Source of the DNA: Utricularia gibba
Taxonomy: Eukaryota; Plantae; Magnoliophyta
DNA length: 27,865 nucleotides
Assembly: GCA_002189035.1 (NCBI GenBank)
Contig: NEEC01000511.1
Location: 1-27,865, forward strand
Direction: 5' to 3'
The position numbers were made by a program, and so were the translations under genes. Under the pieces are notes generated by a model. That model saw only the letters and a list, made by a program, of their open reading frames with translations, had not been told where the DNA came from and made no database searches. The stretch's first letter is position 1, and the number at the start of each line of letters is the position of its first letter. Below, one piece after another: positions 1-9,400 of this stretch.

Positions 1-309
1 TCATGTGGGGTGCACGTGATATCGTAATTTAAACAAATGCATCATTGTATTCATTGATTTGCATCCTTTTGTCCTCATGAGCCATAAAGAATCGCGGGCG
101 GACCAAGTTCCTAGCGAGACTGGCCGCCACAAAACGAGAAGCTGTTCCTTGAAAAACCATGTAGGCAACACGAAAACCGAACGTTAATAAATACATCACT
201 TTCTTTGCCGGGCTACAACTTACTTTGGGCCAAGGCCTAAGCTGATCTTTTTCCGGTTCCAAGTGCCCCCCAAAACGCCTCCTCATGTATAAAGTATGTT
301 GTTAAAAAA
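1..309 (+). repeat. Type B divergent monomer (full)
   Basis: Carries the whole diagnostic set: GTGATATCGTAAT, CATCCTTTTGTCC, CCATAAAG, GTTCCTAGCG, GAACGTTAAT, TTTCTTTGCCGGGC, CCTAAGCTGATC, CCAAGTGCCCC, CCTCCTCATGTATAAAGTATGTTGTTAAAA. Confidence 0.93.
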
Positions 310-622
310 TCATGTGGGGTGCACTTGACATCGTAATTTAAACAAATGCATCATTTTTTTTATTCGATTTGCATCCAGTTGACCTCATGAGCCAGACAGA
401 ATGGGGTCAAGGACAAGTTCCCAGCGAGACTGGCCGCCACAAAAACGAGAAGCGGTTCCTTGAAAAACCATGTAGGCAGCCCCGAAAACGAACGATAATA
501 AATACATCACTTTATTTGCCGGACTACAACTAACTCTCGGTGCAAGCCAAACATTACCTTTGTCCCGTTCCAGGTGCACCCAAAGACCGCCTGCTCAAGT
601 ATAAAGTAAGTTGTTGAAAAAA
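310..622 (+). repeat. Type C monomer (A-like unit that follows B), representative copy
   Basis: GCACTTGACATCGTAAT, TTTATTCGAT, GAGCCAGACAGAATGGGG, CGAAAACGAACG and AAACATTACC. Subsets of these alleles recur in the post-B units at 2465, 4296, 6160, 12414, 13958, 14873, 17060, 18609, 21391, 23853 and 25375. Confidence 0.85.
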
Positions 623-781
623 TCATGTGGGGTGCACGTGACATCATAATTTAAACAAATGCATCATTTTTTTTAATCGATTTGCATCCAGTTGACCTCA
701 TGAGCCATACAGAATCGGGGTCAAGGACCAAGTTCCCAGCGAGACTGGCCGCCACAAAACGAGAAGCGGTTCCTTGAAAAA
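623..781 (+). repeat. First ~159-bp sub-repeat (half a) of a type A monomer
   Basis: Monomer positions 1-52 align ungapped to positions 160-211 with 33/52 identities by hand count; both halves end in TTGAAAAA. Confidence 0.8.
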
Positions 782-937
782 CCATGTAGGCAGCCCCCGA
801 AAACCGAACGATAATAAATACATCACTTTATTTGCCGGACTACAACTAACTCTCGGTGCAAGCCAAACATTACCTTTGTCCGTTCCAGGTGCACCCAAAG
901 ACCGCCTGCTCAAGTATAAAGTAAGTTGTTGAAAAAA
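782..937 (+). repeat. Second ~157-bp sub-repeat (half b) of a type A monomer
   Basis: CCATGTAGG versus TCATGTGGG, AAATACATCACTTTATT versus AAATGCATCATTTTTTT, AAGCCAAAC versus GAGCCATAC, GTTCCAG versus GTTCCCAG and ACCGCC versus GCCGCC occur in the same order as in half a. Confidence 0.8.
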
Positions 938-1873
938 TCATGTGGGGTGCACGTGACATCATAATTTAAACAAATGCATCATTTTTTTTAATCGATTTGC
1001 ATCCAGTTGACCTCATGAGCCATACAGAATCGGGGTCAAGGACCAAGTTCCCAGCGAGACTGGCCGCCACAAAACGAGAAGCGGTTCCTTGAAAAACCAT
1101 GTAGGCAGCCCCAAAAACCGAACGATAATAAATACATCACTTTATTTGCCGGACTACAACTAACTCTCGGTGCAAGCCAAACATTACCTTTGTCCCGTTC
1201 CAGTGCACCCAAAGACCGCCTGCTCAAGTATAAAGTAAGTTGTTGAAAAAATCATGTGGGGTGCACGTGACATCATAATTTAAACAAATGCATCATTTTT
1301 TTTAATCGATTTGCATCCAGTTGACCTCATGAGCCATACAGAATCGGGGTCAAGGACCAAGTTCCCAGCGAGACTGGCCGCCACAAAACGAGAAGCGGTT
1401 CCTTGAAAAACCATGTAGGCAGCCCCGAAAACGAACGATAATAAATACATCACTTTATTTGCCGGCTACAACTAACTCTCGGTGCAAGCCAAACATTACC
1501 TTTGTCCGTTCCAGGTGCACCCAAAGACCGCCTGCTCAAGTATAAAGTAAGTTGTTGAAAAAATCATGTGGGGTGCACGTGACATCATAATTTAAACAAA
1601 TGCATCATTTTTTTTAATCGATTTGCATCCAGTTGACCTCATGAGCCATACAGAATCGGGTCAAGGACCAAGTTCCCAGCGAGACTGGCCGCCACAAAAC
1701 GAGAAGCGGTTCCTTGAAAAACCATGTAGGCAGCCCCCGAAAACCGAACGATAATAAATACATCACTTTATTTGCCGGACTACAACTAACTCTCGTGCAA
1801 GCCAACCTTACTTTGTCCGTTCCAGTGCACCCAAAGACCGCCTGCTCAAGTATAAAGTAAGTTGTTGAAAAAA

Positions 1874-2464
1874 TCATGTGGGGTGCACGTGACATCGTAA
1901 TTTAAACAAATGCATCATTTTTTCAATTTGCATCCTTTTGACCTCATGAGCCATACAGAATCGGGGGGACCAAGTTCCAGCGAGACTGGCCGCCACAAAA
2001 CGAGAAGCGTTCCTTGAAAAACCATGTAGGCAGCCCGAAAACCGAACGATAATAAATACATCACTTTTTTGCCGGGCTACAACTACTTTGGTAAGCTGAC
2101 TTTTTCCGGTTCCAAGTGCCCCCAAGACCGCCTGCTCATGTATAAAGTATGTTGTTAAAAAAATCATGTGGGGTGCACGTGACATCATAATTTAAACAAA
2201 TGCATCATTTTTTTTAATCGATTTGCATCCAGTTGACCTCATGAGCCATACAGAATCGGGGTCAAGGACCAAGTTCCCAGCGAGACTGGCCGCCACAAAA
2301 CGAGAAGCGTTCCTTGAAAACCATGTAGGCAGCCCGAAAACCGAACGATAATAAATACATCACTTTCTTTTGCCGGACTACAACTACTTGGGCAAGCCAA
2401 ACTTTTTCCGTTCCAAGTGCCCCCAAAACCGCCTCCTCAAGTATAAAGTAAGTTGTTAAAAAAA
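1874..2464 (+). repeat. Two adjacent A/B mosaic monomers (units 7 and 8)
   Basis: Unit 7 (290 bp) has CATCCTTTTG, CCGGGCTAC, AGCTGAC and CTCATGTATAAAGTATG mixed with A alleles. Unit 8 (301 bp) is A in its 5' half and B-like in its 3' half. Confidence 0.85.
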
Positions 2465-3397
2465 TCATGTGGGGTGCACGTGACATCGTAATTTAAACAA
2501 ATGCATCATTTTTTTTATTCGATTTGCATCCAGTTGACCTCATGAGCCATACAGAATCGGGGTCAAGGACCAAGTTCCCAGCGAGACTGGCCGCCACAAA
2601 ACGAGAAGCGGTTCCTTGAAAAACCATGTAGGCAGCCCCCGAAAACGAACGATAATAAATACATCACTTTATTTGCCGGACTACAACTAACTCTCGGTGC
2701 AAGCCAACTTACCTTTGTCCCGTTCCAGGTGCACCCAAAGACCGCCTGCTCAAGTATAAAGTAAGTTGTTGAAAAAATCATGTGGGGTGCACGTGACATC
2801 ATAATTTAAACAAATGCATCATTTTTTTTAATCGATTTGCATCCAGTTGACCTCATGAGCCATACAGAATCGGGGTCAAGGACCAAGTTCCCAGCGAGAC
2901 TGGCCGCCACAAAACGAGAAGCGGTTCCTTGAAAAACCATGTAGGCAGCCCCGAAAACGAACGATAATAAATACATCACTTTATTTGCCGGACTACAACT
3001 AACTCTCGGTGCAAGCCAAACTTACCTTTGTCCCGTTCCAGGTGCACCCAAAGACCGCCTGCTCAAGTATAAAGTAAGTTGTTGAAAAAATCATGTGGGG
3101 TGCACGTGACATCATAATTTAAACAAATGCATCATTTTTTTTAATCGATTTGCATCCAGTTGACCTCATGAGCCATACAGAATCGGGGTCAAGGACCAAG
3201 TTCCCAGCGAGACTGGCCGCCAAAAACGAGAAGCGGTTCCTTGAAAAACCATGTAGGCAGCCCCCGAAAACCGAACGATAATAAATACATCACTTTATTT
3301 GCCGGACTACAACTAACTCTCGGTGCAAGCCAAACTTACCTTTTCCGTTCCCCACCCAAAGACCGCCTGCTCAAGTATAAAGTAAGTTTTGAAAAAA

Positions 3398-3703
3398 TCA
3401 TGTGGGGTGCACGTGACATCATAATTTAAACAAATGCATCATTTTTTTTAATCGATTTGCATCCAGTTGACCTCATGAGCCATACAGAATCGGGGTCAAG
3501 GACCAAGTTCCCAGCGAGACTGGCCGCCACAAAACGAGAAGCGTTCCTTGAAAAACCATGTAGGCAGCCCGAAAACCGAACGATAATAAATACATCACTT
3601 TATTTGCCGGACTACAACTACTTTGGGCAAGCCTAAGCTTACCTTTTTCCGTTCCAGTGCCCCCAAGACCGCCTGCTCAAGTATAAAGTAAGTTGTTAAA
3701 AAA
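3398..3703 (+). repeat. A/B mosaic monomer with B alleles near the 3' end (unit 12)
   Basis: ACTACTTTGGGCAAGCCTAAGCTT, GTGCCCCC and GTTGTTAAAA in an otherwise A unit. Confidence 0.8.
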
Positions 3704-4016
3704 TCATGTGGGGTGCACGTGACATCATAATTTAAACAAATGCATCATTTTTTTTAATCGATTTGCATCCAGTTGACCTCATGAGCCATACAGAATCGGG
3801 GTCAAGGACCAAGTTCCCAGCGAGACTGGCCGCCACAAAACGAGAAGCGGTTCCTTGAAAAACCATGTAGGCAGCCCCCGAAAACGAACGATAATAAATA
3901 CATCACTTTATTTGCCGGACTACAACTAACTCTCGGTGCAAGCCAACATTACCTTTGTCCCGTTCCAGTGCACCCAAAGACCGCCTGCTCAAGTATAAAG
4001 TAAGTTGTTGAAAAAA

Positions 4017-4295
4017 TCATGTGGGTGCACGTGATATAATTTAAACAAATGCATCATTTTTTCATCGATTTGCATCCAGTTGTCCTCATGAGCCATACAG
4101 AATCGCCGGACCAAGTTCCCAGCGAGACTGGCCGCCACAAAACGAGAAGCGTTCCTTGAAAAACCATGTAGGCAAGAAAACCGAACGTTAATAAATAATC
4201 ACTTTCTTTGCCGGGCTACAACTACTCAAGCCTAAATCTTTTTCCGGTTCCAAGTGCCCCCAAAACCGCCTGTATAAAGTAAGTTGTTAAAAAAA
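4017..4295 (+). repeat. Shortest monomer (279 bp), B-like with several internal deletions (unit 14)
   Basis: GTGATAT, TTGTCC, GAACGTTAAT and TTTCTTTGCCGGGC are present; deletions fall at GCA[..]GAAAACC, ACT[..]CAAGCC and CCGCCT[..]GTATA. Confidence 0.85.
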
Positions 4296-4604
4296 TCATG
4301 TGGGGTGCACGTGACATCGTAATTTAAACAAATGCATCATTTTTTTTATCGATTTGCATCCAGTTGACCTCATGAGCCAGAATCGGGGTCAAGGACCAAG
4401 TTCCCAGCGAGACTGGCCGCCACAAAACGAGAAGCGGTTCCTTGAAAAACCATGTAGGCAGCCCCCGAAAACGAACGATAATAAATACATCACTTTATTT
4501 GCCGGACTACAACTAACTCTCGGTGCAAGCCAAACATTACCTTTGTCCCGTTCCAGTGCACCCAAAGACCGCCTGCTCAAGTATAAAGTAAGTTGTTGAA
4601 AAAA

Positions 4605-4920
4605 TCATGTGGGGTGCACGTGACATCATAATTTAAACAAATGCATCATTTTTTTTAATCGATTTGCATCCAGTTGACCTCATGAGCCATACAGAATCGG
4701 GGTCAAGGACCAAGTTCCCAGCGAGACTGGCCGCCACAAAACGAGAAGCGGTTCCTTGAAAAACCATGTAGGCAGCCCCGAAAAACCGAACGATAATAAA
4801 TACATCACTTTATTTGCCGGACTACAACTAACTCTCGGTGCAAGCCAAACATTACCTTTGTCCCGTTCCAGGTGCACCCAAAGACCGCCTGCTCAAGTAT
4901 AAAGTAAGTTGTTGAAAAAA
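4605..4920 (+). repeat. Representative dominant monomer (type A), 316 bp
   Basis: TCATGTGGGGTGCACGTGACATCATAATTTAAAC...AGAATCGGGGTCAAGGACCAAGTTCCCAGCGAGACTGGCCGCC...GCTCAAGTATAAAGTAAGTTGTTGAAAAAA. Roughly three quarters of units are of this type and differ mainly by 1-bp indels in short homopolymers. Confidence 0.95.
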
Positions 4921-5858
4921 TCATGTGGGGTGCACGTGACATCATAATTTAAACAAATGCATCATTTTTTTTAATCGATTTGCATCCAGTTGACCTCATG
5001 AGCCATACAGAATCGGGTCAAGGACCAAGTTCCCAGCGAGACTGGCCGCCACAAAACGAGAAGCGGTTCCTTGAAAAACCATGTAGGCAGCCCCCGAAAA
5101 CCGAACGATAATAAATACATCACTTTATTTGCCGACTACAACTAACTCTCGGTGCAAGCCAAACTTACCTTTGTCCGTTCCAGGTGCACCCAAAGACCGC
5201 CTGCTCAAGTATAAAGTAAGTTGTTGAAAAAATCATGTGGGGTGCACGTGACATCATAATTTAAACAAATGCATCATTTTTTTTAATCGATTTGCATCCA
5301 GTTGACCTCATGAGCCATACAGAATCGGGGTCAAGGACCAAGTTCCCAGCGAGACTGGCCGCCACAAAACGAGAAGCGGTTCCTTGAAAAACCATGTAGG
5401 CAGCCCCCGAAAACCGAACGATAATAAATACATCACTTTATTTGCCGGACTACAACTAACTCTCGTGCAAGCCAAACCTTACCTTTGTCCCGTTCCAGGT
5501 GCACCCAAAGACCGCCTGCTCAAGTATAAAGTAAGTTGTTGAAAAAATCATGTGGGGTGCACGTGACATCATAATTTAAACAAATGCATCATTTTTTTTA
5601 ATCGATTTGCATCCAGTTGACCTCATGAGCCATACAGAATCGGGTCAAGGACCAAGTTCCCAGCGAGACTGGCCGCCACAAAACGAGAAGCGGTTCCTTG
5701 AAAAACCATGTAGGCAGCCCCGAAAACCGAACGATAATAAATACATCACTTTATTTGCCGACTACAACTAACTCTCGGCAAGCCAAACCTTACCTTTGTC
5801 CCGTTCCAGGTGCACCCAAAGACCGCCTGCTCAAGTATAAAGTAAGTTGTTGAAAAAA

Positions 5859-6159
5859 TCATGTGGGGTGCACGTGACATCATAATTTAAACAAATGCAT
5901 CATTTTTTTTAATCGATTTGCATCCAGTTGACCTCATGAGCCATACAGAATCGGGGTCAAGGACCAAGTTCCCAGCGAGACTGGCCGCCACAAAACGAGA
6001 AGCGTTCCTTGAAAAACCATGTAGGCAGAAAACCGAACGTTAATAAATACATCACTTTTTTTGCCGGGCTACAACTAACTTTGGGCAAGCCTAAGCTGAC
6101 TTTTCCGGTTCCAGTGCCCCAAAACCGCCTCCTCATGTATAAAGTATGTTGTTAAAAAA
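5859..6159 (+). repeat. A/B mosaic monomer, 5' A and 3' B (unit 20)
   Basis: A through GAGAAGC, then GAACGTTAAT, CCGGGC, CCTAAGCTGAC and CCTCCTCATGTATAAAGTATG. Confidence 0.85.
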
Positions 6160-6469
6160 TCATGTGGGTGCACGTGACATCATAATTTAAACAAATGCAT
6201 CATTTTTTTTATTCGATTTGCATCCAGTTGACCTCATGAGCCATACAGAATGGGGTCAAGGACCAAGTTCCCAGCGAGACTGGCCGCCACAAACGAGAAG
6301 CGGTTCCTTGAAAAACCATGTAGGCAGCCCCGAAAACGAACGATAATAAATACATCACTTTATTTGCCGGACTACAACTAACTCTCGTGCAAGCCAAACA
6401 TTACCTTTGTCCCGTTCCAGGTGCACCCAAAGACCGCCTGCTCAAGTATAAAGTAAGTTGTTGAAAAAA

Positions 6470-9400
6470 TCATGTGGGGCACGTGACATCATAATTTAAA
6501 CAAATGCATCATTTTTTTTAATCGATTTGCATCCAGTTGACCTCATGAGCCATACAGAATCGGGTCAAGGACCAAGTTCCCAGCGAGACTGGCCGCCACA
6601 AAACGAGAAGCGGTTCCTTGAAAAACCATGTAGGCAGCCCCCGAAAACCGAACGATAATAAATACATCACTTTATTTGCCGGACTACAACTAACTCTCGG
6701 TGCAAGCCAAACATTACCTTTGTCCCGTTCCAGGTGCACCCAAAGACCGCCTGCTCAAGTATAAAGTAAGTTGTTGAAAAAAATCATGTGGGGTGCACGT
6801 GACATCATAATTTAAACAAATGCATCATTTTTTTTAATCGATTTGCATCCAGTTGACCTCATGAGCCATACAGAATCGGGTCAAGGACCAAGTTCCCAGC
6901 GAGACTGGCCGCCACAAACGAGAAGCGGTTCCTTGAAAAACCATGTAGGCAGCCCCGAAAACCGAACGATAATAAATACATCACTTTATTTGCCGGACTA
7001 CAACTAACTCTCGGTGCAAGCCAAACTTACCTTTGTCCGTTCCAGGTGCACCCAAAGACCGCCTGCTCAAGTATAAAGTAAGTTGTTGAAAAAATCATGT
7101 GGGGTGCACGTGACATCATAATTTAAACAAATGCATCATTTTTTTTAATCGATTTGCATCCAGTTGACCTCATGAGCCATACAGAATCGGGGTCAAGGAC
7201 CAAGTTCCCAGCGAGACTGGCCGCCACAAAACGAGAAGCGGTTCCTTGAAAAACCATGTAGGCAGCCCCCGAAAACCGAACGATAATAAATACATCACTT
7301 TATTTGCCGACTACAACTAACTCTCGGTGCAAGCCAAACATTACCTTTGTCCCGTTCCAGGTGCACCAAAGACCGCCTGCTCAAGTATAAAGTAAGTTGT
7401 TGAAAAAATCATGTGGGGTGCACGTGACATCATAATTTAAACAAATGCATCATTTTTTTTAATCGATTTGCATCCAGTTGACCTCATGAGCCATACAGAA
7501 TCGGGTCAAGGACCAAGTTCCCAGCGAGACTGGCCGCCACAAAACGAGAAGCGGTTCCTTGAAAAACCATGTAGGCAGCCCCGAAAACCGAACGATAATA
7601 AATACATCACTTTATTTGCCGGACTACAACTAACTCTCGGTGCAAGCCAAACTTACCTTTGTCCGTTCCAGTGCACCCAAAGACCGCCTGCTCAAGTATA
7701 AAGTAAGTTGTTGAAAAAATCATGTGGGGTGCACGTGACATCATAATTTAAACAAATGCATCATTTTTTTTAATCGATTTGCATCCAGTTGACCTCATGA
7801 GCCATACAGAATCGGGGTCAAGGACCAAGTTCCCAGCGAGACTGGCCGCCACAAAACGAGAAGCGGTTCCTTGAAAAACCATGTAGGCAGCCCCGAAAAC
7901 CGAACGATAATAAATACATCACTTTATTTGCCGGACTACAACTAACTCTCGGTGCAAGCCAAACATTACCTTTGTCCCGTTCCAGGTGCACCCAAAGACC
8001 GCCTGCTCAAGTATAAAGTAAGTTGTTGAAAAAAATCATGTGGGGTGCACGTGACATCATAATTTAAACAAATGCATCATTTTTTTTAATCGATTTGCAT
8101 CCAGTTGACCTCATGAGCCATACAGAATCGGGTCAAGGACCAAGTTCCCAGCGAGACTGGCCGCCACAAAACGAGAAGCGTTCCTTGAAAAACCATGTAG
8201 GCAGCCCCCGAAAACCGAACGATAATAAATACATCACTTTATTTGCCGGACTACAACTAACTCTCGGTGCAAGCCAAACATTACCTTTGTCCCGTTCCAG
8301 TGCACCCAAAGACCGCCTGCTCAAGTATAAAGTAAGTTGTTGAAAAAATCATGTGGGGTGCACGTGACATCATAATTTAAACAAATGCATCATTTTTTTT
8401 AATCGATTTGCATCCAGTTGACCTCATGAGCCATACAGAATCGGGTCAAGGACCAAGTTCCCAGCGAGACTGGCCGCCACAAAACGAGAAGCGGTTCCTT
8501 GAAAAACCATGTAGGCAGCCCCCGAAAACCGAACGATAATAAATACATCACTTTATTTGCCGGACTACAACTAACTCTCGGTGCAAGCCAAACATTACTT
8601 TGTCCCGTTCCAGGTGCACCCAAAGACCGCCTGCTCAAGTATAAAGTAAGTTGTTGAAAAAATCATGTGGGGTGCACGTGACATCATAATTTAAACAAAT
8701 GCATCATTTTTTTTAATCGATTTGCATCCAGTTGACCTCATGAGCCATACAGAATCGGGTCAAGGACCAAGTTCCCAGCGAGACTGGCCGCCACAAAACG
8801 AGAAGCGGTTCCTTGAAAAACCATGTAGGCAGCCCCAAAAACCGAACGATAATAAATACATCACTTTATTTGCCGGACTACAACTAACTCTCGTGCAAGC
8901 CAAACATTACCTTTGTCCCGTTCCAGGTGCACCCAAAGACCGCCTGCTCAAGTATAAAGTAAGTTGTTGAAAAAATCATGTGGGGTGCACGTGACATCAT
9001 AATTTAAACAAATGCATCATTTTTTTTAATCGATTTGCATCCAGTTGACCTCATGAGCCATACAGAATCGGGGTCAAGGACCAAGTTCCCAGCGAGACTG
9101 GCCGCCACAAAACGAGAAGCGGTTCCTTGAAAAACATGTAGGCAGCCCCGAAAACCGAACGATAATAAATACATCACTTTATTTGCCGACTACAACTAAC
9201 TCTCGGTGCAAGCCAAACATTACCTTTGTCCGTTCCAGGTGCACCCAAAGACCGCCTGCTCAAGTATAAAGTAGTTGTTGAAAAAATCATGTGGGGTGCA
9301 CGTGACATCATAATTTAAACAAATGCATCATTTTTTTAATCGATTTGCATCCAGTTGACCTCATGAGCCATACAGAATCGGGGTCAAGGACCAAGTTCCC

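Noticed and set aside
796-808. CENP-B box on the minus strand (CCCG...CGAA)
   Set aside because: The spacing is 5 nt instead of the required 7, and the internal conserved base is missing.
4605-4648. A never-ending ORF across concatenated units (as in DRT2/Neo rolling-circle cDNA) or a repeat-protein gene
   Set aside because: On the + strand, TGA (monomer position 17), TAA (25) and TAA (30) close all three frames in both A and B. On the - strand, TCA (1, 22), TTA (29) and TCA (42) do the same. No reverse transcriptase gene is present.
4679-4686. Hammerhead ribozyme core (CTCATGAG resembles CTGATGAG, with a GAAA downstream)
   Set aside because: The conserved G of CUGAUGA is C here, the motif is simply an 8-bp palindrome, and I could not find the flanking stems.
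4657-4690. 5S rDNA unit (minus-strand GGATGC and plus-strand TGACCTC recall plant 5S rRNA; unit size fits 5S plus spacer)
   Set aside because: The fragments are 6-7 nt, lie on opposite strands and do not extend to a ~120-nt gene with internal promoter boxes.
4826-4897. Spliced-leader RNA gene array (AACTAAC as in the trypanosomatid SL start; GCTCAAG as in the dinoflagellate SL end)
   Set aside because: Only 7-nt matches, the rest of each leader is absent, GCTCAAG is not followed by GT, and I found no Sm site of the form RAU(4-6)GR.
4605-4920. Apparent enrichment of 6-bp palindromes (GTGCAC twice, CACGTG, TTTAAA, ATGCAT, ATCGAT, TCATGA)
   Set aside because: Seven observed versus about five expected by chance in 316 bp.
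4872-4935. Inverted repeat GTGCACCC...GGGTGCAC across the junction, as a transposon end or hairpin
   Set aside because: Only 8 bp, 6 of which are the self-palindromic GTGCAC; the loop is 48 nt, there is no target-site duplication, and B alters the left arm.
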